Source of the DNA: Antedon mediterranea
Lineage: Eukaryota > Animalia > Echinodermata
Direction: 5' to 3'
Assembly: GCF_964355755.1 (NCBI RefSeq)
Contig: NC_092679.1
Span: forward strand, 9,764,201-9,828,200
Length of the DNA stretch: 64,000 bases
The notes under the pieces were generated by a model, which worked only from the letters and a program-made list of their open reading frames with translations, ran no database searches and was not told the DNA's origin. Below are positions 39,352 to 52,794 of this stretch, in pieces; position 1 is the stretch's first letter; the number at the start of each line of letters is the position of its first letter. Position numbers and translations under genes: made by a program.

Positions 39352-42215
39352 TTAAGAAACCTCATGATTTCCATATGCCTTAATGAATAAATGTGTTTTT
39401 AATATTTTTTTAAAAGTATAAAAAGTTTTGCAAAATCTGATAGAGCTCGGTATTGCATTCCATAGACGAGGAGCAGTAACGGTGAAAGATCTGTCTCCCC
39501 ATGAGTGGTGAGACTTAGGTTGATGTAGAAGCAGCGTATCACTAGAACGCAGATTCCGTCTGGGAACATACAGCCTAAGCATGTCAGAAATATATTCAGG
39601 AGCCATGCCATTAATAGACTTAAAAACATAGAGTAATAATTTAAAAACAATGCGGTACCTAACAGGAAGCCAATGCAAAGTTTCCAAGGTATTTGATATG
39701 TGTGCATATCTTGGTAGTTTTTAACAACTCGTGCCGCTGTATTTTGAATCAGCTGAAGCCTGTGGAGTTGTTTTTGTGGGAGACCAAATAACAAGGAGTT
39801 ACACATATCGAGACGCAAACTAACAAATGCATGTACAAGTTGCTCAGCAGCTGCACGATTTAAGTATTTTCTGATGCCTTGAATATTTCTTAAATGATAT
39901 GACGATGCAGACGTAATTTTAGAAATTATGAGCCGTCATTGTCATATTAGAATCCAGAATTACACCAAGATTTGTAACTTGTGTAGTATTTTTAGTACAA
40001 AAGTTACCAATGGAAACCCTCTTAGATGGAATTTTCTCTAATTGTTGTTGCGAACCAAATAGAATGCACTCAGTCTTATCATCATTACGTTTCAAAAAGT
40101 TTTTGGCCATCCAGACACGAATTTCAGAGATACATTTTTCAAGCAAATCAATTGATAATTCACTCTTTGTCATGGTAGGTTTAAACGATATATATATCTG
40201 AGTGTCATCAGCGTAAACATGATAACTAAGATTATATTTCTTAATGATATCACGAATAGGATATACATAAATTGTAAACAATTGTGGACCTAACACAGAT
40301 CCTTGCTGAACAGAGTAATTTAAAGTGTTAGGTTGAGAGATTTCCTCTCTAATACAAATGTGTTGAGGTCTGTCCTCCAAGTATGATTGACACCATCTTA
40401 GTGCACATCCCTGAACACCAATAGAAGCATGCAACCTCTCAGTCAGAATACTATGATCTACCGTATCAAACGCAGCACTCAAATCAAGTAAAATTAAAGC
40501 AGTTACTTTTTCAACATCCATCGCACGAAGTATATCATTGCTAACGCGCAGGAGTGCAGTTTCAGTACTGTGATGTGCTTTATACGCTGATTGAAACGGG
40601 TCAAGTAAAGAATTATCCTTTACATGTGATAGTATACGTTTAGATACCACTTTTTCAATTACTTTTCCAAGAAAACACAGATTTGATACTGGTCTGTAAT
40701 TGGATAGCTTTTCAGGATCAAGACCCGATTTCTTTAATTGAGGACGTATGTGCGAGATTTTACAAATATCTGGGAAAACCCCAGTTTCCAAAGACAGGTT
40801 AACGACACGTGTAATTAGTGGAACAAAAACAACAGCATTTCGCTTAATTAACAGAGTAGGAACTGGATCAAGACTGCAAGATTTAGCAGGCGAGTTTTTG
40901 ACAATTTCAGAAATTTCTTTTTTCACTTGCAGGTTCAAATATACAAAGGGAGGCACAATTATAATTTTCACAGCATACGTCGTTATTAAAGTAATGAGAC
41001 AAACTTCCAGCACTATCTTTAACAAGAAGTTTACGAATATTAACAATTTTATTTTTTTTAAATACGGAAAATCTTTCTGCAAGCAACTCATCTGAGTGAG
41101 AAAATGGAAGCACCGACGGTTTAGAACAGTGTAAAAGATTATTTACAACTTTAAACAGCTTCTTCTGATCACCTGAGCAATCTTCGACCAGATCAGAATA
41201 ATATTGTTTCTTAGCACTTTCAACAAGCATATTAACAATACACCGCTGATGACAATATTTCTGTCTATCTAATGTATTTTTTTATTTCATCCATTTTCTC
41301 TCAAATACGCGACGGAGTTTTCTCGCAGATCTAATTTCATCAGTATACCACGGTTTTGAAGAATTTAGTTTGATACATTTTATTTTTAAAGGTGCGTGTT
41401 TATCCATAACTTCTCTTAAAGAGCAGTATCTTTCAATATTTTCTTGCAAAGTACCATCATGCATAACAGACAACCGAGCTTGTATGTCATATGAAAATAT
41501 TGTTGTATCAATACTGTTTATATTTGTGGATTTTAATTTTAGATTTAGGAAGAGGTGGTTTCTTGAAGTCGAGACTACAAAGTATAGAAAAATGATCAGA
41601 GATACCCGGTTTTACAGTGATCCCCGAGATCAGAGAAACATCTCTAGTAATAATGAGATCAAGACAATGACCACCATCATGCGTAGGTTCATTTACATGC
41701 TGTATAAGATTGAAAGACTGCAATAGACGATTACATTTATTTGCAGCGATATTCTCATTTTCATCAATGTGGATATTAAAATCACCACAAAAAATTACTT
41801 CTGATGGAATAATGAGATAATCAAAAATCATATTTTCAAATTCATTAAGAAAGTCGGTGACAGACAAACTCGGTGATCTATAGATGCATACAATATAAAT
41901 TGTTTTTGAACTTAATGTAAACTGTTAATGTATTGATTCAAATGAAGAATAAACATTTACATCATTTTTCATATTAACACTTAGACTAGATTTAAATAAA
42001 ATTCCAATCCCTCCACCGATTTTATCCAATCTAGGGACATGTTTAAAACAATATCCAAGTGGAGTTATGTTTCTAATGGAGAGGTTGTCATCAGGTGGAA
42101 GCCATGTTTCAGACACAGACACGATATCAATGTCATTACTAACAACAAAGTCTGTGAATTCATCACTTTTGTTACGCAATGAACGAGCATTTAGCAAACA
42201 AAATATAAGTGACGA
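39352..42215 (-). pseudogene. L2 ORF2p (APE endonuclease + RT + C-terminal domain), frameshifted
   Basis: Endonuclease motifs LLNARSL, VSETW, GDFNIH, SDHF. Linker KPWYT. RT motifs NYRPVSNL, LLDLSAAFDTVDH, QGSVLGP, YADDTQ. C-terminal LHWLPV, APRLWN. Confidence 0.95.
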
Positions 42216-42429
42216 ATTTGGAGAATTTGAATTTAATTTGTGTAGGTAGGTTTTTGTGGATTTAGCAGCTCTCGTACAAGTTCCAGGTACTTGAACCACT
42301 CTTTTCTTTCTTTTCTTGCATCGATTTTTATAGTCCCTTGTTGATGATTGACGCATTCTCTCTGACGAATTGGTTGGTACTGATTTGAGAGCAGAAAAAA
42401 ATGACGGAGGTGGACTCATCGCCGATTCA

Positions 42430-44098
42430 CTACTTATGTGATCAATAATGTTCTTCGCCAAGATGAACTCCATCAGAAGATAGTTTCATGAATGGAATAT
42501 TTGTATTATCAGTAAATCCCCAGCCATTCTCTTTGCATATGAGTTTCATATGGTGATTTGCTCTCTCTACATCATCGCATTTCGAGACTGTCTGGTTGAA
42601 TTGCGTCGGTGTATGATGGAGGAAACTATGCACTTTATTGGCTTCAAGGTTTCACACAGAGATGTCGTTTTTGAGGTCAAAGTGTCTGAACTGTCATTTC
42701 TATTGTTAGTTCCCACATGAACAATCACTCTTTCAACACCATGTTTTACTGCAAGACGCTTGGCACAATGCACGAGGTCTTCTATTTTTGCACCACGCAT
42801 AGTGTGGCATATCACTTTTTTTTCAGTAGAATTATTTAATCGTTTGGGACGAAGATGTTTAATCATTGAATCGCCAATAATCAGAGCGTCAGCTGGAATT
42901 GTGTAATCTGGAGTACTAGCAGTTTTATCAGCAATTTGTTGTGTGTCGCTTAGTGCTTTATGTTTATTACGGTATTTATGAAGCTGTAGTTGATAAGAAT
43001 CAACTTTTCCAGTACTCTTCGTTACATCATTAGTAGGGCTAGTCGTGTCCAATGCGTTATATAGAGTGTCAATTAGCTGCTCAGAATAAGTCCGAGAATC
43101 ATCGATAACTTTGCTGTCACAATTTGGTTCTACATTAGACCGATTTTGTTTCGGGAGGTCCAATGAGGTCAGATGTATAGACTGTTCTTGAGGAGAGGAA
43201 CATCTATCGTGCAGACCAAGTTGGGGACAGGTTTTATGTTGAGTAACACTATGCCCCTTCACAGTAATAAAGTCAGATGTGTCAATAGCAACTTGGGTTA
43301 TTTTTGCATCGTATGCTTCATCTTTGGCTTTAGCAGCATCTTTATGAACTGAGATAAGTAGATCGTGTAGTTTTGTCACTTCCTTATCTTTTTGCTGCAA
43401 CAGTTGTAAAGTATGCTGCAAATGTGTTACATCGGACTTAAGAGCTTTGAATTTAATATTTATATTATGTTTGAATTTTCTATTTTCTTGTAGGGATTTA
43501 ACCTCTTTTTGAAATTCATTAAGCTCACGTCGAATATCTTTTAGAGCTTCAAACAAAATAGCACAATCATTGTTTTTAGCTAGTAATTTATCTTTCAGGA
43601 CTCTATTCTCATTTTCAGACATTTTAATTTTAAGTTCGAAGTTTTCTTTTAGCAAATCAGATAGATTTGGAGAAGCTAATGAGTGATCAAAATGTGATTG
43701 AGTGCAAGCGGAATGGATGTTTTGGAGGTCATTTACATAAGTGGTTACCAGGTCATGTATTATGTATCATTACATTCAGTATCTATTTTGTTACTCTCAA
43801 TAGCTGTATTTACTAAAGGTAGTTCCACTTCAGCATCAATGACTTTAGTTGCATCAGTACATTCTAAGTCATTGCACACCCCATTTTCGCTGAGATATTT
43901 TTCGGCTTTTTCAACACTAAAAAATGATTGGAATAAAGCTCCGTGATAGCCATCAGTGTTTGCTTGGCATTCCAGCCAGGATAAATATATACCTGGTTGT
44001 TTCCCGACAGCAACAGCATAAACCTTTTTCTTTTTAGTTTTCTTAGATTTAATTAGTTTTTCAGCCATTTCTATGTGTTGCATTGTTGCATTAGCCAT
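42430..44098 (-). pseudogene. L2 ORF1p: RNase H1 N-terminal (Cauli_VI/HBD) domain + coiled coil + SGNH esterase, frameshifted
   Basis: VYAVAVGKQPGIYLSWLEC...YHGALFQSF...AEKYL (43892-44023); heptad repeats; IIGDSMI, RGAKIEDL, VHVGTNN, DGVHL. Confidence 0.85.
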
Positions 44099-44322
44099 CT
44101 CGCTATGCAGTGGTATTTGTACGATTTCAATGGACAAAAGAAGACAATAGAAAGTACTGTTGCCTAGCACAACGACGCCTCGCACTGATTGGCCGATTAG
44201 AAGGCAGACAAGACGCGGTACGATCGTTTCAGGTCCCAGCAATGAAAAGGGCCAAACTAACCCTGTATAGATCGTATGGTACAACTTTTTTTTTCCTATC
44301 CGTGGGCCTAGGCGTTGAAGGT

Positions 44323-44524
44323 CTAAATCACTTGGATCTAGCAATAGGTTCTGTAATAAAAAGTGTACTTTCCTTTTATATGAGTTCTTTGTTTATCAAT
44401 ATGAGTTCAACACCAAATAAAAGTCCAAATAATTGTAAAATAATAACAACAATTAAGAGATATCTTTCAAGTAGCGTACTGGTTGCGCTTCATTGTTCCT
44501 AGATTGCATTAACCAAATTTCTTC
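44323..44524. repeat. Unique leader preceding the 19-bp satellite, copy 2
   Basis: Direct repeat of 37273-37456. Confidence 0.9.
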
Positions 44525-45163
44525 GATCTATCTCTCTCTCGCTGATTTATCTCTCTCTCGCTGATCTATCTTTCTCTCGCTGATCTATCTCTCTCTCGCT
44601 GATCTATCTCTCTCTCTCGCTGATCTATCTCTCTCTCGCTGATCTATCTCTCTCTCGCTGATCTATCTCTCTCTCTCTCTCACTGATCTATCTCTCTCTC
44701 TCGCTGATCTATCTCTCTCTCTCTCTCGCTGATCTATCTCTCTCTCTCTCGCTGATCTATCTCTCTCTCGCTGATCTATCTCTCTCTCGCTGATCTATCT
44801 CTCTCTCGCTGATCTATCTCTCTGGCCGATCTATCTCTCTCTCTCTCTCGCTGATCTATCTCTCTCTCGCTGATCTATCTCTCTCTCGCCGATCTATCTC
44901 TCTCTCGCTGATCTATCTCTCTCTCTCTCTCTCTCTCTCGCTGATCTATCTCTCTCTCTCGCTGATCTATCTCTCTCTATCGCTGATCTATCTCTCTCTC
45001 GCTGATCTATCTCTCTCTCGCTGATCTATCTGTCTCTCACTGATCTATCTCTCTCTCTCGCTGATCTATTTCTCTCTCGCTGATCTATCTCTCTCTCTCT
45101 CGCTGATCTATATCTCTCTCGCTGATCTATCTCTCTCTCGCTGATCTATCTCTCTCTCTCGCT

Positions 45164-45238
<75 letters not shown>

Positions 45239-48200
45239 TCTATCTCTCTCTCGCTGATCTATCTCTCTCTCGCTAATCTATCTCTCTCTCGCTGATCTAT
45301 CTCTCTCTCTCGCTGATCTATCTCTCTCTCGCTGATCTATCTCTCTCTCTCTCTCTCTCGCTGATCTATCTCTCTACCGCTGATCTATTTCTCTCTCGCT
45401 GATCTATCTCTCTCTCGCTGATCTTTCTCTCTCTCGCTGATCTATCTCTCTCTCGCTGATCTATATCTCTCTCGCTGATCTATCTCTCTTTCGCTGATCT
45501 ATCTCTCTGTCGCTGATCAATCTCTCTCTCGCAGATCTTTCTCTATCTCGCTGATCTATCTCTCTCTCGCTGATCCATCTCTCTCTCTCGCTGATCTATC
45601 TCTCTCTCGCTGATCTATATCTCTCGCTGATCTATCTCTCTCTCTCGCTGATCTATCTCTCTCTCTCGCTGATCTATCTTTCCCTCTCGCTGATCTATCT
45701 CTCTCTCGCTGATATATCTCTCTCTCGCTGATCTATCTATCTCTCTCTCTCTCGCTGATCTATATCTCTCTCGCTGATCTATCTCTCTCTCGCTGATCTA
45801 TCTCTCTCTCGCTGATCTCTCTCTCTCTCTCGCTGATCTATCTCTTTCTCGCTGATCTATCTCTCTCTCGCTAATCTATCTCTCTCGCTGATCTATCTCT
45901 CTCTCGCTGATCTATCTCTCTCTCTCTCTCTCTCGCTCGCTGATCTATCTCTCTCTCGCTGATCTTTCTCTCTCTCGCTGATCTATCTCTCTCTCGCTGA
46001 TCTATCTCTCTCTCGCTGATCTATATCTCTCTCGCTGATCTATCTCTCTTTCGCTGATCTATCTCTCTGTCGCTGATCAATCTCTCTCTCGCAGATCTTT
46101 CTCTATCTCGCTGATCTATCTCTCTCTCTCGCTGATCCATCTCTCTCTCTCGCTGATCTATCTCTCTCTCGCTGATCTATCTCTCTCTCGCTGATCTATC
46201 TCTCTCGCTGATCTATCTCTCTCTTGCTGATCTATCTTTCCCTCTCGCTGATCTATCTCTCTCTCGCTGATCTATCTCTCTCTCGCTGATCTATCTCTTT
46301 CTCTCACTGATCTATCTATCTCTCTCTCTCTCGCTGATCTATCTCTCTCTCGCTGATCTATCTATCTCTCTCGCTGATCTATCTCTCTCGCTCATCTTTT
46401 TCTCTCTCGCTGATCTATCTATCTCTCTCTCGCTGATCTATCTATCCCTCTCTCGCTGATCTATCTATCTCTCTCTCGCTGATCTATCTATCTCTCTCTC
46501 GCTGATCTATCTATCTCTCTCTCGCTGATCTATCTCTCTCTCGCTGATCTATCTCTCTCTCGCTGATCTATCTCTCTCTCGCTGATCTATCTCTCTCTCG
46601 CTCATCTATCTATCTCTCTCTCGCTGATCTATCTCTCTCGCTGATCTATCTATCTCTCTTTCGCTGATCTATCTCTCTCTCGCTGATCTATCTATCTCTC
46701 TCTCGCTGATCTATCTATCTCTCTCTCTCTCGCTGATCTATCTCTCTCTCGCTGATCTATCTCTCTCTCGCTCATCTATCTCTCTCTCGCAGATCTATCT
46801 CTCTTTCGCTGATCTATCTCTCTCTCGCTGATCTTTCTCTCTCTCGCTGATCTATCTCTTTCTCGCTGATCTATCTCTCTCGTTGATATATATATATCTC
46901 TCTCTCTCTCTCTCGCTGATCTATCTCTCTCTCGCTGATCTATCTCTCTGTCGCTGATCTATCTCTCTCTCGCTGATTTTTCTCTCTCTCGCTGATCTAT
47001 CTCTCTCTCTCGCTGATCTATCTCTCTCTCTCGCTGATCTATCTCTCTCTCGCAGATCTATCTCTCTCTAGCTGATCTAACTCTCTCTCTCTTGCTGATC
47101 TATATCTCTCTCGCTGATCTATCTCTCCCTCTCGCTGATCTATCTCTCTCTCTCGCTGATCTATCTCTCTCTCGCTGATCTATCTCTCTCTCTCGCTGAT
47201 CTATCTCTCTCTCTCTCGCTGATCTATCTCTCTCTCGCTGATCTATCTATCTTTCTCGCTGATCTATCTCTTTCTCGCTGATCTATCTCTCTCTCTCTCG
47301 CTGATCTATCTCTCTTTCGCTGATCTATCTATCTCTCTCTCTCTCGCTAATCTATCTCTCTCTCTCGCTGATCTCTCTCTCTCTCGCTGATCTATCTCTC
47401 TCTTGCTGATCTATCTCTCTCTCTCTCTCTCGCTGATCTATCTATCTCTCGCTGATCTATCTCACTCTCGCTGATCTATATCTCTCTCGCTGATCTATCT
47501 CTCTCTCGCTGATCTATGTCTCTGTCACTGATCTATCTCTCTCTCGCTGATCTTTCTCTATCTCGCTGATCTATCTCTCTCTCTCGCTGATCTATCTCTC
47601 TCTCGCTGATCTATCTCTCTCTCGCTGATCTATCTCTCTCTCGCTGATCTATCTCTCTCTCGCTGATCTATCTCTCTCGCTGATCTATCTCTCTCTCTCG
47701 CAGATCTTTCTCTATCTCGCTGATCTATCTCTCTCTCTCTCGCTGATCCATCTCTCTCTCTCGCTGATCTATCTCTCTCTCGCTGATCTATCTCTCTCTC
47801 GCTGATCTATCTCTCTCGCTGATCTATCTCTCTCTCGCTGATCTATCTCTCTCTCGCTGATCTATCTCTCCTTCTCGCTAATCTATCTCTCTCGCTGATC
47901 TATCTCTCTCTCTCTCGCTGATCTATCTCTCTCTCGCTGATCTATCTCTCTCTCGCTGATCTATCTCTCTCTCGCTGATCTCTCTCTCTCTCTCGCTGAT
48001 CTATCTCTCTCTCGCTGATCTATCTCTCTCTTGCTAATCTATCTCTCTCTCGCTGATCTATCTCTCTCTCGCTGATCTATCTCTCTCTCTCTGATCTATC
48101 TCTCTCTCTCGCTGATCTATCTCTCCCCCGCTAATCTATCTCTCTCTCGCTGATCTATCTCTCTCTCACTGATCTATCTCTCTCTCGCTGATATTTCTCT

Positions 48201-49911
48201 CTCTCGCTGATCTATCTCTCTCTCTCGCTGATCTATCTCTCTCTCTCGCTGATCTTTATCTCTCTCGCTGATCTATCTCTCTCGCTGATCTATCTCTCTG
48301 TCGCTGACCTATCTCTCTCTCGCTGATCTTTCTCTCTCTCGCTGATCTATCTCTCTCTCTCTCGCTGATCTATCTCTCTCTCGCTGATCTATCTCTCTCT
48401 CGCTGATCTATCTCTCTCTCGCTGATCTATCTCTCCCTCTCGCTGATCTATCTCTCTCTCGCTGATCTATCTCCCTCTCGCTGATCTATCTCTCTCTCTC
48501 TCGCTGATCTATCTCTCTCTCTCTCTCTCTCGCTGATCTATCTCTCTCTCTCGCTGATCTATCTCTCTCTCACTGATCTATCTATCTCTCTCGCTGATCT
48601 ATCTCTTTCTCGATGATCTATCTCTCTCTCGCTGATCTATCTCTCTCTCGCAGATCTATCTCTCTCGCTAATCTATCTCACTCTCGCTGATCTATCTCTC
48701 TCTCTCGCTGATCTATCTCTCTCTTGCTGATCTATCTCTCTCTCTCTCGCTGATCTATCTATCTCTCTCTCTCGCTGATCTATCTATCTCTCTCTCGCTG
48801 ATCTATTTCTCTCTCGCTGATCTATCTCTCTCTCGCTGATCTATCTCTCTCTCGCTGATCTATCTCTCTCTCGCTGATCTATCTCTCTCTCTCTCTGATC
48901 TATCTCTCTCTCTCTCGCTGATCTATCTCTCTCTCGCTAATCTATCTCTCTCTCGCTGATCTATCTCTCTGTCACTGATCTATCTCTCTCTCGCTGATCT
49001 TTCTCTCTCTCGCTGATCTATCTCTCTCTCGCTGATCTATCTCTCTCTCGCTGATTTATATCTCTCTCGCTGATCTATCTCTCTCTCGCTGATCTATATC
49101 TCTCTCGCTGATCTATCTCTCCCTCTCACTGATCTATCTCTCTCTCGCTGATCTATCTCTCTTGCTGATCTATCTCTCTATCTCGCTGATCTATCTCTCT
49201 CTCGCTGGTCTATCTCTCTCTCGCTGATCTATCTCTCTCTCGCTGATCTATCTCTCTCTCGCTGATCTATCTCTCCCTCTCGCTGATCTATCTCTCTCTC
49301 TCTCGCTGATCTATCTCTCTCTCGCTGATCTATCTCTCTCTCGCTGATCTATCTCTCCCTCTCGCTGATCTATCTCTCTCTCGCTGATCTATTTCTCTCT
49401 CGCTGATCTATATCTCTCTCGCTGATCTATCTCTCCCTCTCGCTGATCTATCTCTCTCTCGCTGATCTATCTCTCTCTCTCTCTCTCGCTGATCTATCTC
49501 TCTCTCTCTCTCTCGCTGATCTATCTCTCTCTCGCTGATCTATCTATCTCTCTCGCTGATCTATCTCTTTCTCGCTGATCTATCTCTCTCTCTCTCGCTG
49601 ATCTTTCTCTCTCTCGCTGATCTATCTCTCTCTCTCGCTGATCTATATCTCTCTCGCTGATCTATCTCTCTCGCTGATCTATCTCTCTGTCGCTGACCTA
49701 TCTCTCTCTCGCTGATCTTTCTCTCTCTCGCTGATCTATCTCTCTCTCTCGCTGATCTATCTCTCTCACTGATCTATCTCTCTCTCGCTGATCTATCTCT
49801 CTCTCGCTGATCTATCTCTCTCTCGCTGATCTATCTCTCCCTCTCGCTGATCTATCTCTCTCTCGCTGATCTATCTCTCTCTCGCTGATCTATCACTCTC
49901 TCTCTCGCTGA

Positions 49912-49948
<37 letters not shown>

Positions 49949-51259
49949 TCTATCTCTCTCTCTCTCGCTGATCTATCTCTCTCTCGCTGATCTATCTATC
50001 TCTCTCGCTGATCTATCTCTTTCTCGCTGATCTATCTCTCTCTCTCGCTGATCTATCTCTCTCTCGCTGATCTATCTCTTTCGCTAATTTATCTCGCTCT
50101 CGCTGATCTATCTCTCTCTCTCTCGCTGATCTATCTCTCTCTTGCTGATCTATCTCTCTCTCTCTCGCTGATCTATCTATCTCTCTCTCGCTGATCTATC
50201 TATCTCTCTCTCGCTGATCTATCTCTCTTGCTGATCTATCTCTCTCTCGCTGATCTATCTCTCTCTCGCTGATCTATCTCTCTCTCTCGCTGATCTATCT
50301 CTTTCTCGCTGATCTATCTCTCTCTCTCTCGCTGATCTATCTCTCTCTCTCGCTGATCTATCTCTCTCTCTCTCTCGCTGATCTCTCTCTCTCTCGCTGA
50401 TCTATCTCTCTCTCGCTGATCTATCTCTCTCTCGCTGATCTATCTCTCTCTCTCGCTGATCTATCTCTCTCTCGTTGATCTATCTCTCTCTCTCGCTGAT
50501 CTCTCTCTCTCTCGTTGATCTATCTCTCTCTCGCTGATCTCTCTCTCTCTCGCTGATCTATCTCTCTCTCGCTGATCTATCTCTCTCTCTCGCTAATCTA
50601 TCTCTCTCTCGCTTATCTATCTCTCTCTCTCTCGCTGATCTATCTCTCTCTTGCTAATCTATCTCTCTCTCGCTGATCTATCTCTCTCTCGCTGATCTAT
50701 CTCTCTCTCTCTGATCTATCTCTCTCTCGCTGATCTATATCTCTCTCGCTGATCTATCTCTCCCTCTCGCTGATCTATTTCTCTCTCGCTGATCTATCTC
50801 TCTTTCTCTCTCTCGCTGATCTATCTCTCTCTCTCTCTCTCGCTGATCTATCTCTCTCTCGCTGATCTATCTATCTCTCTCGCTGATCTATCTCTTTCTC
50901 GCTGATCTATCTCTCTCTCTCTCGCTGATCTTTCTCTCTCTCGCTGATCTATCTCTCTCTCTCTCGCTGATCGATCTCTCTCTCTCGCTGATCTATATCT
51001 TTCTCGCTGATCTATCTCTCTCGCTGATCTATCTCTCTGTCACTGACCTATCTCTCTCTTGCTGATCTTTCTCTCTCTCGCTGATCTATCTCTCTCTCTC
51101 GCTGATCTATCTCTCTCGCTGATCTATCTCTCTCTCGCTGATCTATCTCTCTCTCGCTGATCTATCTCTCTCTCGCTGATCTATCTCTCCCTCTCGCTGA
51201 TCTATCTCTCTCTCGCTGATCTATCTCTCTCTCGCTGATCTATCTCTCTCTCTCGCTGA

Positions 51260-51296
<37 letters not shown>

Positions 51297-52794
51297 TCTA
51301 TCTCTCTCTCTCTCGCTGATCTATCTCTCTCTCTCGCTGATCTATCTATCTTTCTCTCTCGCTGATCTATCTCTTTCTCGCTGATCTATCTCTCTCTCTC
51401 GCTGATCTATCTCTCTCTCGCTGATCTATCTCTTTCGCTAATCTATCTCGCTCTCGCTGATCTATCTCTCTCTCTCTCTCGCTGATCTATCTCTCTCTTG
51501 CTGATCTATCTCTCTCTCTCTCGCTGATCTATCTATCTCTCTCTCGCTGATCTATCTATCTCTCTCTCGCTGATCTATCTCTCTTGCTGATCTATCTCTC
51601 TCTCGCTGATCTATCTCTCTCGCTGATCTATCTCTCTCTCGCTGATCTATCTCTCTCTTGCTAATCTATCTCTCTCTCGCTGATCTATCTCTCTCTCGCT
51701 GATCTATCTCTCTCTCTCTGATCTATCTCTCTCTCTCTCGCTGATCTATCTCTCTCTCGCTAATCTATCTCTCTCTCGCTGATCTATCTCTCTCTCACTG
51801 ATCTATCTCTCTCTCGCTGATCTTTCTCTCTCTCGCTGATCTATCTCTCTCTCGCTGATCTATCTCTCTCTCGCTGATTTATATCTCTCTCGCTGATCTA
51901 TCTCTCTCTCGCTGATCTATATCTCTCTCGCTGATCTATCTCTCCCTCTCGCTGATCTATCTCTCTCTCGCTGATCTATCTCTCTCGCTGATCTATCTCT
52001 CTCTCGCTGGTCTATCTCTCTCTCGCTGATCTATCTCTCTCTCGCTGATCTATCTCTCTCTCGCTGATCTATCTCTCCCTCTCGCTGATCTATCTCTCTC
52101 TCGCTGATCTATCTCTCTCTCGCTGATCTATCTCTCCCTCTCGCTGATCTATCTCTCTCTCGCTGATCTATTTCTCTCTTGCTGATCTATCTCTCTCTCG
52201 CTGATCTATATCTCTCTCGCTGATCTATCTCTCCCTCTCGCTGATCTATCTCTCTCTCGCTGATCTATCTCTCTCTCGCTGATCTATCTCTCTCTCTCTC
52301 TCTCGCTGATCTATCTCTCTCTCTCTCTCTCTCGCTGATCTATCTCTCTCGCTTATCTATCTATCTCTCTCGCTGATCTATCTCTTTCTCGCTGATCTAT
52401 CTCTCTCTCTCTCTCTCGCTGATCTATCTCTCTCTCGCTGATCTATCTCTCTCTCGCTAATCTATCTCGCTCTCGCTGATCTATCTCTCTCTCTCGCTGA
52501 TCTATCTCTCTCTTGCTGATCTATCTCTCTCTCTCGCTTATCTATCTATCTCTCGCTGATCTATCTCTCTCTCGCTGATCTATATCTCTCTCGCTGATCT
52601 ATCTCTCTCTCGCTGATCTATCTATATCTCTCTCGCTGATCTATCTCTCTATCGCTGATCTATCTCTCTCGCTGATCTCTCTCTCTCTCGCTGATCTATC
52701 TCTCTCTCTCTGATCTATCTCTCTCTTGCTAATCTATCTCTCTCTCGCTGATCTATCTATCTCTCGCTGATCTATCTCTCTATCTGATCTATCT
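44525..52794. repeat. 19-bp pyrimidine-rich satellite array
   Basis: Continuous CGCTGATCTA(TC)n units. Confidence 0.98.

Larger units (their letters stand above)
38121..44200 (-). mobile_element. L2-clade LINE, near full length, degenerate (5' boundary uncertain, ~44100-44320)
   Basis: L2-type 3' end GCGCCTTGAG...GCGCTATAAAAA...(TTA)n; APE/RT ORF2; esterase-containing ORF1. Confidence 0.9.
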
